64,000 bases of DNA from Phycisphaeraceae bacterium (GTDB lineage Bacteria; Planctomycetota; Phycisphaerae; Phycisphaerales; Zrk34): contig JBBDRF010000081.1 of the NCBI GenBank assembly GCA_040905565.1, forward strand, positions 9,437-73,436, read 5' to 3'. The notes beneath the pieces were generated by a model. It was not told the DNA's origin, did no database searches, and saw only the letters and a list, made by a program, of their open reading frames with translations. Every line of letters begins with the position of its first letter. The stretch's first letter is position 1. This document shows positions 1-10,682 of this stretch, one piece after another. The position numbers and the translations under genes are program-made.

Positions 1-2
1 GG

Positions 3-443
3 CTGCGATCGCTGATGCAGGCGGCGCAGGCGGGCGCCGCCGAGGCGTTGTGGTTTTCCGTGACCAATCACCTCGCCGGCGGGGCCGTTTCCAACGCGCT
101 GCTGGTGAAGGATGAACAGCTATATACGCCGATCGCACGGGGAGAAGAGGTTTCCGGTTCGCTGCCGTCGGCGGTGCTGCCGGGGGTGACGCGGGCGGCG
201 GTGCTGGAGCTGGCCGAGGAGCTGGACTTGCCGGTGCACCGGAAAATGTTGACCATCAATGATGTTCTCGAAGCCGATGAATTGATGCTCACGAACACAA
301 GTTGGGGTATCCTGCCCGTGGTGCGGGTGGAGAAGGAGACGATCGGCGACGGTCGTCTCGGAAAAACGACGCAGCAGTTGTACGAAGCGCTGCTCAAGAA
401 GATCGGTCGTGAGTGTGCGGCCGACGACGCCGAGCCGGCGTAA
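3..443 (+). CDS. Aminotransferase class IV (ADC lyase/branched-chain aminotransferase-like), 5'-truncated by window edge
   Basis: LPGVTR motif, ADELMLTNTSWGILPV, IGDGRLG; frame open from window start. Confidence 0.85.
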   Translation: MRSLMQAAQAGAAEALWFSVTNHLAGGAVSNALLVKDEQLYTPIARGEEVSGSLPSAVLPGVTRAAVLELAEELDLPVHRKMLTINDVLEADELMLTNTSWGILPVVRVEKETIGDGRLGKTTQQLYEALLKKIGRECAADDAEPA

Positions 444-479
444 TTGAGCTTTGGTGATATTCCTTATTCAGGAGCCAGG

Positions 480-980
480 ATGATGGGCAAGACGATTTTC
501 TCGGGTGTGTTGGCGTTGACGCTGGTGGCGACTTTCGCGGCAGGTTGTGCTCAGCAGCAGCAGCGTCCGACGGTCCTGATGCAGAGCGATACGCTGGTCG
601 AGCAGTTGGCGATCGTGCTGGGCGAGTCGATGGCCGCACGCCAGGAATCAGGTGCCACGCTCCCCGCGGATTACGATTCGTCGGAGTTCGCCGAGTCGGT
701 CATCGATTCGATGCTCATGCAGCATCCTGAAGCGTTCACCGTCACGCTTGACGAGGAGCGTCGGCTCCGCGAGGGCGAGCTGGACGATGAGGCCAATGCC
801 GAAGCGGCCGCTGCGATGGTTGCGCAGCTGCGTGATTCGAACGCGTCGTTCAACACGATCACCGAGTATCTCGTGGAGCGTCTTGAAGCCGGCGAGCTCA
901 GCGGGCTTCAGCTTGAGCTGACCAACCGCCTGCTCGCGGCGCACCTCAGCACGCAGCTGGTGGCGGAAGAGCCTGCGTAA
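480..980 (+). CDS. Hypothetical lipoprotein
   Basis: AGGAG upstream of ATG 480; hydrophobic signal ending in lipobox-like FAAGC; acidic helical body. Confidence 0.7.
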   Translation: MMGKTIFSGVLALTLVATFAAGCAQQQQRPTVLMQSDTLVEQLAIVLGESMAARQESGATLPADYDSSEFAESVIDSMLMQHPEAFTVTLDEERRLREGELDDEANAEAAAAMVAQLRDSNASFNTITEYLVERLEAGELSGLQLELTNRLLAAHLSTQLVAEEPA

Positions 981-1083
981 GACCCGCCGAACCGCTTCGG
1001 CTGCGTCTCGCTTGTGGTGCTTAAGGTAGATGAGGTACGTGCGCGCGTACCGGTTCGTGATGAATTTGTTTTTGGAGGACGCG

Positions 1084-2187
1084 ATGATGCGTCTGGCATG
1101 CCGTGGCATCTTTTTCGTGGTGGCGCTCGCTCTGTTGACGGCACCGGCTCATGCGGATGAAGCTGCTGAGCGATTCGCGGAAGTTTACGGTCAGCTTCGG
1201 GCGATGACGGCGGAGGCTCAGGAGATCCGCACCGCCTACGCCGAGGCTGAGGGCGAGGAGCAAGCCGAGCTTGCTGAGCGTTTCAACGCGCTGGTCATGG
1301 AGCTGCGGGCGATGACGCCTCAACTCGCCGACGCGACGATCGACGCTTACGCCGCCGCCCCGAACGCCGACGAAGACGTCGCCGCCACGCTCGCCGAGGT
1401 AGCGGGAAGCGCCATCGCTCGCGATCGATTCGATGAGGCTTACCGGGCCACACGTTTGATGATCGAGCATGAACACGCCAGCGACGAGCGTCACGCTTTG
1501 GCAGGGATCGCGGCGTTCGCTGTGGGTGAGTTTGATGAGGCTGCGGCGCACTTCGAAGCCGCTGAGCAGGCCGGTGCCATGACCCAGCGTGCCGCCCGTT
1601 TCGCCGGTTCCGTCGCCGACTATCAGGAGTATGGCGAGCAGGAGCAGGCGATCCGTGCGGAGGAAGCCGAGGCTGACGATCTTCCCCGCGTGCGGCTTGA
1701 GACGACGGCCGGCGACATGGTCATCGAACTGTTTGAGGACCACGCCCCGAACACCGTCGCGAACTTCATCAATCTGGTGGAAGACGGCTTCTACGACGGG
1801 CTCAGTTTTCACCGCGTGCTGCCGAACTTCATGGCCCAGGGCGGCTGCCCCGAGGGCACCGGCACCGGCGGGCCGGGTTACGCTGTGCCTTGCGAGCTTG
1901 ATGGTGAGTACCGCCGGCACTTCCGGGGAACGCTTTCGATGGCGCACGCCGGGACCGACACAGGCGGCAGTCAGTTCTTCCTGACGTTTCTGCCCACGCC
2001 TCACCTCAACGGCCGACACACGGCCTTCGGGCGCGTGGTCGAGGGGATGGATGTGCTGGCGCAGCTGGAGCGCGTGGATCCGCAGCGGCCCCAGCCGGGC
2101 GTCGAGCCGAGCACCATCACGAAGGCCACGGTCATCCGCAAGCGCGACCACGATTACGATCTGAAGACCCTGCCGGCCACCCGGTAA
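1084..2187 (+). CDS. Exported cyclophilin-type peptidyl-prolyl cis-trans isomerase with helical/TPR-like N-terminal domain
   Basis: Signal peptide (PAHA|D); GFYDGLSFHRVLPNFMAQGG, GTLSMAHAG, GGSQFF, HLNGRHTAFG; GGAGG RBS. Confidence 0.93.
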   Translation: MMRLACRGIFFVVALALLTAPAHADEAAERFAEVYGQLRAMTAEAQEIRTAYAEAEGEEQAELAERFNALVMELRAMTPQLADATIDAYAAAPNADEDVAATLAEVAGSAIARDRFDEAYRATRLMIEHEHASDERHALAGIAAFAVGEFDEAAAHFEAAEQAGAMTQRAARFAGSVADYQEYGEQEQAIRAEEAEADDLPRVRLETTAGDMVIELFEDHAPNTVANFINLVEDGFYDGLSFHRVLPNFMAQGGCPEGTGTGGPGYAVPCELDGEYRRHFRGTLSMAHAGTDTGGSQFFLTFLPTPHLNGRHTAFGRVVEGMDVLAQLERVDPQRPQPGVEPSTITKATVIRKRDHDYDLKTLPATR

Positions 2188-2298
2188 CGCGGCTTCGACC
2201 AAACCGTTCGCGCACGCCCTCTCGATCATGTGATCAGGGGCACGCATGTTGCGTTGTACAAGATGGCGGGGCGACGGGTCGCTTGACGAAGGAAAACG

Positions 2299-3156
2299 AT
2301 GGCTGCGCTGAAGAAGCGGGTTTACGCGGTGCTCGAGGGGCGGGACTGGGCGGACGGGACGACGCGGATCGTCAATGGACTGCTCATCGGTCTGATCGTG
2401 GCGAACGTGATCTCGCTGATGCTCGAAAGCATGGCCGGCGTCCGGGCGCAGTTCGGCGAGACGATAAGGGTGTTCGACGCCGTTTCGGTCGTTATCTTTA
2501 CGGTGGAATGGCTGCTGCGGGTATGGTCAAGCACGGCGTCGCCGCGGTACGTGGGGGCGGCGGGACGAGTGCGGTTTGCAATGACCCCCATGGCGCTGAT
2601 CGATCTGCTGGCGATCCTGCCGTTCTGGTTGCCGATGGTCGGCCTGGACCTGCGTGTGTTGCGAATTCTGAGGCTGTTCCGACTTTTCCGTATCCTCAAG
2701 CTCGCCCGTTATTCACAAGCGCTGCAGACGTTCGGCCGGGTGGTGACGCGGAAGCGGGAGGAGTTGATCACGCTGCTGATGGTGCTCGGCGTGCTGCTGC
2801 TGATCGCGTCATCGCTGATGTATTACGTCGAGCACGAGGCGCAGCCCGAAGCTTTTTCAAGCATCCCCGCGACGATGTGGTGGGGCATCGCGACGCTGAC
2901 CACGGTGGGCTACGGCGATGTTTACCCGATAACGACGGGGGGCAAGCTGCTCGGGTCGGTCATCGCCGTTCTCGGCATCGGCATGTTCGCGTTGCCGACG
3001 GGTATTTTAGGGGCCGCGTTCGTGGATGAGCTGGCGCAACGCCGCTTGAGGGAGGGTGGGCAAGATTCGGCGGGTTCGGAAGACGACACGCCCGATCACT
3101 GTCCGCACTGCGGCAAATCACTCAAGGTTGAACGCGAAGCTGTGGGATCGGAATGA
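2299..3156 (+). CDS. Voltage-gated potassium channel / ion transporter
   Basis: S4 RxxR repeats (LRVLRILRLFRLFRILKLAR), selectivity filter TTVGYGD, C-terminal CPHCG. Confidence 0.93.
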   Translation: MAALKKRVYAVLEGRDWADGTTRIVNGLLIGLIVANVISLMLESMAGVRAQFGETIRVFDAVSVVIFTVEWLLRVWSSTASPRYVGAAGRVRFAMTPMALIDLLAILPFWLPMVGLDLRVLRILRLFRLFRILKLARYSQALQTFGRVVTRKREELITLLMVLGVLLLIASSLMYYVEHEAQPEAFSSIPATMWWGIATLTTVGYGDVYPITTGGKLLGSVIAVLGIGMFALPTGILGAAFVDELAQRRLREGGQDSAGSEDDTPDHCPHCGKSLKVEREAVGSE

Positions 3157-3170
3157 TGCCGCGGCGGCGA

Positions 3171-4310
3171 TCAGCTTTCGATCGCGTCCATCAGGTAGAT
3201 CGCGATGGGGGTGTAGATGGCGACGGGGAGCCAGGCGATGACGGCGGGGGCGATGTTGCCCGGTGCGGCAATCTGCATCATCAGGAAGCCGCCACCCCAC
3301 GCGCCAATGCACAGCGGGGCGACCTTCACCACTTGCATCAGCATGTTCTGAGGCGAGCGCAGCAGGAAGAACGGCAGCGCCATGCCCAGGATCAGCATGT
3401 TGACGACGACCATGCTGAAGCGGCTGTGCTTGATGCGCCGCAACTCGCCGGGGTCCAGCAGGGCTGAGCGTTCGATGAGTTGATCGAGTTGCTTGGTCGA
3501 GAGGAATTGCCGAAACCGGGCGCGTTCACGCTGAACGATGCTGACGGGGTCGAGATCGCTGGCGATGAAGTCGATCGGGTCGGCCCGGCGGGTGGTGAGG
3601 TCGGGCTCGGCGGGGTTGGACGTTTCGCGCTGAACGCTGATGCCGTTGCTAAGCGACCAGCCCTTGCGGTCATCGTCCCAGACGGCCCGGTCGGCGGTGA
3701 TGCGCAATGAGGCCCAGCCGAAGCGGCCGTCGCCGAGGGATTCGCGGACGAGGATGGTGACATCACGCAGCGCATTATTGGCGACTTCGAACGCGGCCGC
3801 GGTGTAGAGCGCGCCGCTGGAGTCGGGCATGAAGCGGACCTGAAGCTCGCGGGCGTGTTCCTGGGCGATGTCGCCGTGTCGGCGTTGCAGTTGCTGGGCC
3901 ATGGAGGGGAGCATCAGTTCCTGGTTGAGCACCATCAGCACATTGGCGGCGAAGCCGAGCGCGAGGATCGGCATGGCGATGCGCTGCATGCTGATGCCGC
4001 CGGCGAGGATGGCCGTCAGCTCGCGCGTCCGAAGCAACTGCGTGAGGGTGAACGCGGCGGCGCCCACCGGCAGCAGGCCGACCATGTAGTTGTAGTAGAG
4101 GAAGATCTGCGGGCCGTAGAAATCCGCAGCCAACGAGATGATGTGCCAGGCGCGGGCGAGCGGGTTACCGCCTTCCTGAGCGGCGGCGTTGACGAACTTA
4201 TCGAAGTTCACGATCAGGTTGATCAGCAGAATCAGCCCGGTGATCACCACGAAGAGGATCACGAAGTTCAGCAGATACAGCCGCATGATGTAACGGTCGA
4301 GAATTTTCAT
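3171..4310 (-). CDS. LptF/LptG family LPS export permease (probably LptG)
   Basis: MKILDRYI start, ELTAILAGGIS motif, 3+3 TM layout with central soluble domain. Confidence 0.88.
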   Translation of the reverse strand: MKILDRYIMRLYLLNFVILFVVITGLILLINLIVNFDKFVNAAAQEGGNPLARAWHIISLAADFYGPQIFLYYNYMVGLLPVGAAAFTLTQLLRTRELTAILAGGISMQRIAMPILALGFAANVLMVLNQELMLPSMAQQLQRRHGDIAQEHARELQVRFMPDSSGALYTAAAFEVANNALRDVTILVRESLGDGRFGWASLRITADRAVWDDDRKGWSLSNGISVQRETSNPAEPDLTTRRADPIDFIASDLDPVSIVQRERARFRQFLSTKQLDQLIERSALLDPGELRRIKHSRFSMVVVNMLILGMALPFFLLRSPQNMLMQVVKVAPLCIGAWGGGFLMMQIAAPGNIAPAVIAWLPVAIYTPIAIYLMDAIES

Positions 4311-4382
4311 CAGCGTCGAGGGGGTCCAGCCGGGTGTCGCGTCGGTGAGCATAAGCGGGGGCCGACGCGGGGGGTCAAAGGT

Positions 4383-6032
4383 TCAATTGCGCGACAGTCT
4401 CCAGTAGACTCCGACCACGGTGGCGGCCAGTATCGCGTTGCCGGCCCAGGTCATCATGATGCCCCACTGGATGGGGAACCGCAGCGACTGGATCATGTTC
4501 TGACCCGTCGTGATCCCCAGAAACACCAGCACAGCAGGCACGAAACACCAGAAGAAGATCGTCAACGGCACCTGGTTCCGCAGCAGCATCGCCATTACGG
4601 CACCAAGCATCAGCACCAGCGCACAGTTGACGGCGATCGCGCCGCGTTCGTGCATGCGGCTGGTGATATCACGCAGCAGATCGAGCACCTGCTCGGAGAG
4701 TGCGGCCCGGGCTGCGACCACATCGCTCGCGGCGTGGCCCTCGGAAAGCGTCATCAGTTCAGCGACGTCGGCGGTGCGCAGGTCAGCCATCACCGTGGCG
4801 TCGAATCGCAGCAGCGGAAGTGTGACCTCACGCAGCGTGCTGGAGCCGGGCAGCGTGCGATCGCGCACCGTGACACGCTCGAGGACGAGGTTGATGCGCA
4901 GCTCCTCGGCGAGTTCGTCGTCGCTGACCTCCAGGCGACCGCTGCGCGCGTCCAGCTGCTGTGAGATGAGCCCGCCGCTGCGGGTACGGACGTTGAACGT
5001 TTCGCCGCTGCGTGGTTCGAGGTTCAGGTCGCTGCCCTGGATTTGTCCGACGACGTTGCGGAGTTGGTGTCGCTCGCCGCGGCCGGTGTCCAGCTCCAGT
5101 TCATCGTGTTCGATTAGTTCCTGCTGAAGCTGTTCGAGCAGATGGTGAACGGCAAGGGCCTCGACAAGGTCACTTTTCTTGCCGCGGACGCTGCTGCTGA
5201 GCTCGGGCTGCTGAACGAGGTTGCGAAGCTGCGGCAGCGACATGAACTTCGGCTCCTGCGAGAACGGCAGGGGAATTTCCTGCGCCCGCACAGAGGCCCG
5301 CTCATTGAAGACCAGTCGCCCCGTTTCGGGATCGTTATAAGTGACGTTGATCAGGCGAAGTGTGGCGTAGACCCGGTCGCGTTCGTCTTCACGATAGAGG
5401 TTCACCTCGGCTCGCTCAGCGGCACCGTCGCCGCCGGCCATACCTCCGTCGCGGCTCATGCGGCCGACGGCCACACCGTCGAGCACCAGCCTGTTATACG
5501 GCCGCAAGCTGCCTTCAGGGATGTCCTCATTGATGGGGACATTGGAATGGGCGACGTCGGCGTAAAGTAGTAATCGGCCGAGGCGGACGACCTCCCGCCT
5601 TTGAATCTGCCTCACCACCATCTCCGCCACGTCCTGCTCCACCTCCTGCGAGACGACCCGCCAGAAGTGCGGCACGACCCAGTTGCTCAGCCAGAACAGG
5701 CTTCCCGTGAGCAGCAGGCCGACGATCAGGACCGGTGCCAAAAGACTCCGATAACTGACGCCCGTGGCGGCACATGCGGTGATTTCATTATCAGCAGCCA
5801 TGCGGAAAAACAGCAGCGTACTGGCGAAAGCGGCCGCGAACGGCAGGGCGAACAGCAACATGCCCGGGATCGTGTAAACGATGACGCGCAGCATCTGCGC
5901 CGGGCCCAGCAGACCTTCGCTGATGGGACCGATACTGAACCCGAACGCCATCACGACGACCAGGACGGCCGAACTGGCGGCCAGGAGTTTCAGCAGTTCT
6001 CTCAAAATGTAGCGGTGCAGCGTCAGCAGCAT
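4383..6032 (-). CDS. LptF/LptG family LPS export permease (probably LptF), enlarged periplasmic domain
   Basis: LHRYILRELLK, RMAADNEITACAATGVS motif; tandem with second LptF/G gene. Confidence 0.88.
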   Translation of the reverse strand: MLLTLHRYILRELLKLLAASSAVLVVVMAFGFSIGPISEGLLGPAQMLRVIVYTIPGMLLFALPFAAAFASTLLFFRMAADNEITACAATGVSYRSLLAPVLIVGLLLTGSLFWLSNWVVPHFWRVVSQEVEQDVAEMVVRQIQRREVVRLGRLLLYADVAHSNVPINEDIPEGSLRPYNRLVLDGVAVGRMSRDGGMAGGDGAAERAEVNLYREDERDRVYATLRLINVTYNDPETGRLVFNERASVRAQEIPLPFSQEPKFMSLPQLRNLVQQPELSSSVRGKKSDLVEALAVHHLLEQLQQELIEHDELELDTGRGERHQLRNVVGQIQGSDLNLEPRSGETFNVRTRSGGLISQQLDARSGRLEVSDDELAEELRINLVLERVTVRDRTLPGSSTLREVTLPLLRFDATVMADLRTADVAELMTLSEGHAASDVVAARAALSEQVLDLLRDITSRMHERGAIAVNCALVLMLGAVMAMLLRNQVPLTIFFWCFVPAVLVFLGITTGQNMIQSLRFPIQWGIMMTWAGNAILAATVVGVYWRLSRN

Positions 6033-6251
6033 AGACGCGTATGGTATGCGGCAAGGATGCGAAGTGGAAACGCCCCCCCACCCCCCCCCACTTTGCCCGG
6101 CGCATTTTCCTGCGAAAATTTGTCCCGCTAAGACAATAGCCGCGACGCCATGCCTCGCTGGACGCCCTCCCGGGCATTTTCTGGCGATTTGTCCGCCCCC
6201 GGCCTATCATGCGGCTGAACGAATCGACCGATCAAACGTATAGATGTAGAT

Positions 6252-6608
6252 ATGGATCAGCACCGCCGTTCAATCAGCTCGCGACACTGTTTCGTGGTTC
6301 CGGCCGTTCTTGCCGGGCTCGCGGTGGCTGTGCCTCTGGCTGCGGCGGCGGGTCCGTCGCTGGGCTATCACCGCTCAGCGGCGACGGTGGTCTCGTCCGA
6401 TCGGGCGGAGCAGTTGATCCAGTTCGTCAGTGAAGCGGCCCGGCAGTTGTGCGGGTCGCAGGAGGCGATGGCGCCGAATCGGCCTCACATGGCGGCGTCG
6501 CTGCCGGCGGCGCCGATGGCGACCTGCCCCGATGCCCCGGCCACGCCTCGGCCGCCGACGCATGTCGCGCTGCCTCAGTTCATCGCCTTGCCCCCGCCGA
6601 TCGTTTGA
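6252..6608 (+). CDS. Small secreted-type leader ORF upstream of secA (candidate translation-arrest/monitoring peptide)
   Basis: Basic N-terminus, hydrophobic stretch and AAA cleavage site; C-terminus FIALPPPIV; same strand, 184 nt upstream of secA. Confidence 0.65.
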   Translation: MDQHRRSISSRHCFVVPAVLAGLAVAVPLAAAAGPSLGYHRSAATVVSSDRAEQLIQFVSEAARQLCGSQEAMAPNRPHMAASLPAAPMATCPDAPATPRPPTHVALPQFIALPPPIV

Positions 6609-6792
6609 CCCTCTGCCCCGCCCGTCCTCTGCGTTCTTGAGGATGAGCGGCCCCTGCCCATCACCTAATTGCCTGTGACGCACCTGAGATTCGGGTGCTC
6701 CATGCCCGGTCGTCGGCTTAGCAGCTGCCTCATGCAGCCGAGTCGAAGGCCGATCCTTTCAAGTTTCACGCTAGAAGCAGAGACGTCATCCC

Positions 6793-9700
6793 ATGGCCAT
6801 TCTCGATTCCGTCAGCAAACCGTTCGTCAAGATCTTCGGCTCCCGCAACGACCGCGTCGTCAAAAGCTACCGACGCCAGGCGGAGCAGGTGACCGAGCTT
6901 GAACCGCAGATCATCAAACTCACCGACGCCGAGCTGCGCGACCGCGCGGCGGCGCTGCGTCAGCAGGTGAGCGACGGCACGCCGGCCTCGCAGTTGAAGT
7001 ACGAAGCGCTGGCGATCATGCGCGAATCGCTGGACCGCAACATCGGCATCCGGTCGATTTTCAGCCCCGAGCATCGCGAGAAGTTCGATCCGTCGAAGCT
7101 GCCCGCCGAGGCTCGCCATCATTACGACCAGATCATGGCGGAGGTCGACGCGCTGGAGCCGGTGAACGTGCTCGGTTCCGACGAGCCGGTGCCGGGCTAC
7201 ATGCAGGTCGACATTCCCAACGCCATCTACGACGCCGTGCGTGAGATTTATCCCGAGTCGCGGCCGCCGTTCCGCTGTCGGCCGTTTGATGTGCAGCTCA
7301 TCGGCGGGATGGTGCTCTTTGAAGGCAAGATCGCGGAGATGAAGACCGGTGAGGGCAAGACGATTGTCGCCCCCCTCGCCTGTTTCCTGGCCTCGATCGA
7401 AGGCCTGCAGTGCCACGTGGTGACGGTGAACGACTACCTCGTCCAGCGTGACCGGGACTGGGTGTTCCCCGCGTTCCATCGGCTCGGGTTCACGATCGGC
7501 GCGATTCATCCCTACCACATGCAGCCGGCCGACGCGAAGCAGCGCGCTTACATGTGCGACGTGGTCTATGGCACGAACGCCGAGTTCGGCTTTGACTACC
7601 TGCGCGACAACATGAAGCTGCGGGCCGACGAGCAGGTGCAAAAGAAACGCGACTTCTGCATCGTTGACGAGATCGACTCGATCCTCATCGACGAAGCCCG
7701 CACGCCCCTCATCATCTCCGGCCCCGCCCACAGCGATGCCCCGCAGTACATCAAAGCCAACCAGGTCGCGGAAGAACTCAAACGCCTTCAGAAACAGGCG
7801 AACGCCGACACGAAGCAACGGCTGGCGCAGGCCGATTTCATCGACCAGTGTGCCGCGGCGAACAAAGTCTCCAACAGCGAAATCGAGAAGATCGTCGGCA
7901 AGTTCCGCGATCTGGGCCCCGATTTCCTCGCGGAAAAAGATGCTGAGATGATCGGCCACGTTCAGTATTACGTCGTCAAGCGTGAGCAGAAGGCGGCGAA
8001 CATGACCGCCATCGGCGTGGAGGAAGCCCAGAAGCTCGTCGGCACCCGCTTCTACGTCGTCGGCAACGACATGGCGTGGGACCATCTGATCAACAACGCC
8101 CTGCGCGCTCATGCGGTCTACGAAAACGATCGCGAGTATGTCGTGCAGAACGGCGAGATTGTGATCGTCGACGAGAACACCGGTCGATTGATGGTCGGTC
8201 GCCAGTGGTCCGACGGTCTGCACCAGGCCATCGAAGCCAAGGAAGCGCACCACGGCGTCAAGATCAAACAGGAAACGCAAACCCTCGCGACGATCACGAT
8301 CCAGAACTTCTTCAAACTCTACAAACGCCTGGCGGGCATGACCGGTACCGCGCTCACCGAGGCCAACGAGTTCATGGAGATTTACGGGCTGGACGTGACG
8401 GCCATCCCCACCAACCGTCCCATCGTCCGTGACGATTCGAACGACCTGATCTTCCTCACGGAAGACGCGAAGTGGAAGGCGATCCTCGGCGAAGTCGTCG
8501 AGCATCACCAGCAAGGGCGGCCGGTGCTGGTGGGCACGACGAGCGTGGAGAAATCCGAAGTCCTCGCAGCCCTCCTCAAAAAGAAGCACGGCGTGGAGCA
8601 CGAAATCCTCAACGCCAAGCAGCACGAACGCGAAGCGACCATCATCGCCAAGGCCGGTCAGCAGCACGTCAACCATCGCAAAGAGACGGTCGGCAACGTG
8701 ACGATCGCTACGAACATGGCCGGGCGTGGTACCGACATCAAGCTGGCGAAGGAAGTGGTTGCAGCGGGCGGTTTGCACATCGTCGGCACCGAACGGCACG
8801 AAGCGCGGCGCATTGATAACCAGCTGCGTGGTCGTGCAGGGCGGCAAGGCGACCCGGGCTCCTCGCGATTCTTCATCAGTATGGAAGACGACCTGATGAA
8901 GATGTTCGCAGGCAAGTCGACCATGAAAGCGCTCTCCGTGCTCGGCATGCAGGAGGACGACGCGATCGAACACCGCTGGATTTCGCGGTCCGTCGAGCGT
9001 GCTCAGAAGAAGGTTGAAGAGCGGAACTTTGCGATCCGCAAGAACCTGCTCGAATACGACGAGGTCATGGAGTACCAGCGGAACTACTTCTACGGCACGC
9101 GGCAGAAGGTGCTGGAAGGCAAAGAGGTTCGCGAGCTGATCAGCGAGTACCTCACCGAGGCGATCGAAGACGCCGTCGGCCGCTATTACGATCCGGATTA
9201 CATTCCCAACCAGGTGGCCGAGGCGATCAAGGCGACGCTGAACGTCACCGTCGAGCCCGCCAAACTGCGAGGCGACGACCTGTCGGATGTTGAAACCGCG
9301 ATCCGCTCCGACGCGAAAGCGGAGGTGCGGCAGGATGTCGAAATCAACGTCGGCGAGTACATGTCCGATGACATCCCCGACGAAGACTGGGACTACAAGG
9401 GCCTGGCGCAGTGGGCGATGAGCCGCTTCAGCGTGGACCTGAAAGTGGCAAAACTTCGGGAGATGGATCCCTACCAGGTCGTCGAGCATCTGACGGAAGT
9501 CGCGCACGGGTTGATTGATCGACAGTCGCTGGAGGCGCTGGACCGTTATTACGATCCCGGCTACGCCGCCAGCGAACTGGCGCACTGGGCCCGGCAGAAG
9601 TTCGCGCTCGAACTCACGGTCGAGGAACTTCAGGCGAAGCAGAACGAGTCGCATGAGCAGGCCGAGCAGCGCATCGCTGAGTTGATTTTCGAGCGGGCGG

Positions 9701-10590
9701 AAAAGGCCTACCAGCGACGCGAGATCGAGTACCCCATCCGCTTCATTCTCGACATGGTTTTCGGCGCCATCCGCGACGGCGGCGATCAGGCGGCTCCGTG
9801 GGCAGCTGACCAGCTGGTGAAGTGGGCGAACCATCGCTTCGACCTCGGCTGGACGCCCGAGCAGGTGACCAGCAAGGACGGCGACGCGCTCTTCCGCGAA
9901 CTGCTCGACGCTTCCGAGCAGTGGCACAATGGCAAGCTCGAAGCCTGGCTCGACAGCACCCTCGCGGACAATCCCAGCGACGACACGCTGGCCCAGCGGG
10001 TGAAGGATCGGTGGGCGGTTCAGCTGCGTGATGAGGATCTGGCGAACCCCGACCGCCGGGCGATGCTGCACGACAAAGCGATCCGGGTGATGCGGGCGGA
10101 GCTGACGCAGCTTGAGCGGTTCGTGCTGCTGCAGATTCTCGACCAGGCGTGGAAGGACCATCTCTACGGGATGGACCAACTGAAGGATTCGATCGGCCTC
10201 CGGGGCTTCGGCGAGAAGGACCCGAAGATCGAGTACAAGCGGGAAGGCTCGACGCAGTTCAAGGAGATGCTGGCCGGCGTCCGCGACAAGGTCACGGACA
10301 TGATCTTCAAAGCCCGCCTCACCCCGCAGGTGCAGATGCGAAACCCCTACGCCCAGCAGCAGGCTTCGCATGAGCAGGCCGAATCCACCGGCGTCGGCGC
10401 GGGCGCGCCCGCTTCCGAAGCGGCCGGCACCGCTGAGCAGCAGGCCGACCAGAAAGCGGCGCAGCGTGCCGGCTCCAAACGACAGGTCACCAAGACCATC
10501 GTGAACAAGGCCCCGCAGGTCGGCCGCAACGACGCATGCCCCTGCGGCTCAGGCAAGAAGTTCAAAAAATGCTGCGGCCAGGCCGCGTAA
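6793..10590 (+). CDS. secA: Preprotein translocase subunit SecA
   Basis: [69 protein letters not shown] tail [18 protein letters not shown]. Confidence 0.99.
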   Translation: MAILDSVSKPFVKIFGSRNDRVVKSYRRQAEQVTELEPQIIKLTDAELRDRAAALRQQVSDGTPASQLKYEALAIMRESLDRNIGIRSIFSPEHREKFDPSKLPAEARHHYDQIMAEVDALEPVNVLGSDEPVPGYMQVDIPNAIYDAVREIYPESRPPFRCRPFDVQLIGGMVLFEGKIAEMKTGEGKTIVAPLACFLASIEGLQCHVVTVNDYLVQRDRDWVFPAFHRLGFTIGAIHPYHMQPADAKQRAYMCDVVYGTNAEFGFDYLRDNMKLRADEQVQKKRDFCIVDEIDSILIDEARTPLIISGPAHSDAPQYIKANQVAEELKRLQKQANADTKQRLAQADFIDQCAAANKVSNSEIEKIVGKFRDLGPDFLAEKDAEMIGHVQYYVVKREQKAANMTAIGVEEAQKLVGTRFYVVGNDMAWDHLINNALRAHAVYENDREYVVQNGEIVIVDENTGRLMVGRQWSDGLHQAIEAKEAHHGVKIKQETQTLATITIQNFFKLYKRLAGMTGTALTEANEFMEIYGLDVTAIPTNRPIVRDDSNDLIFLTEDAKWKAILGEVVEHHQQGRPVLVGTTSVEKSEVLAALLKKKHGVEHEILNAKQHEREATIIAKAGQQHVNHRKETVGNVTIATNMAGRGTDIKLAKEVVAAGGLHIVGTERHEARRIDNQLRGRAGRQGDPGSSRFFISMEDDLMKMFAGKSTMKALSVLGMQEDDAIEHRWISRSVERAQKKVEERNFAIRKNLLEYDEVMEYQRNYFYGTRQKVLEGKEVRELISEYLTEAIEDAVGRYYDPDYIPNQVAEAIKATLNVTVEPAKLRGDDLSDVETAIRSDAKAEVRQDVEINVGEYMSDDIPDEDWDYKGLAQWAMSRFSVDLKVAKLREMDPYQVVEHLTEVAHGLIDRQSLEALDRYYDPGYAASELAHWARQKFALELTVEELQAKQNESHEQAEQRIAELIFERAEKAYQRREIEYPIRFILDMVFGAIRDGGDQAAPWAADQLVKWANHRFDLGWTPEQVTSKDGDALFRELLDASEQWHNGKLEAWLDSTLADNPSDDTLAQRVKDRWAVQLRDEDLANPDRRAMLHDKAIRVMRAELTQLERFVLLQILDQAWKDHLYGMDQLKDSIGLRGFGEKDPKIEYKREGSTQFKEMLAGVRDKVTDMIFKARLTPQVQMRNPYAQQQASHEQAESTGVGAGAPASEAAGTAEQQADQKAAQRAGSKRQVTKTIVNKAPQVGRNDACPCGSGKKFKKCCGQAA

Positions 10591-10614
10591 GCAGCCCACG
10601 CACCTCAGCACACA

Positions 10615-10671
10615 GTAGCCGCGGGCTTACAGCCCGCCGGTCCGTCCGGCGACGCGTAGCGTCGCGGCTAT
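10615..10671. repeat. REP-like inverted pair between convergent genes
   Basis: GTAGCCGCGGGCTTACAGCCCGCCGG facing the reverse-strand ATAGCCGCGACGCTACGCGTCGCCGG; related copy ATAGCCGCGACGCCATGCCTCGCTGG at 6136-6161. Confidence 0.6.
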
Positions 10672-10682
10672 TGGTGTGGCGT

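Noticed and set aside
6766..10371. 1201-aa antisense ORF over secA (similar ones at 43065-45674, 1021-2247, 50191-51732, 18986-20716)
   Set aside because: Shadow ORFs expected from high-GC codon bias opposite well-supported genes; no recognisable motifs
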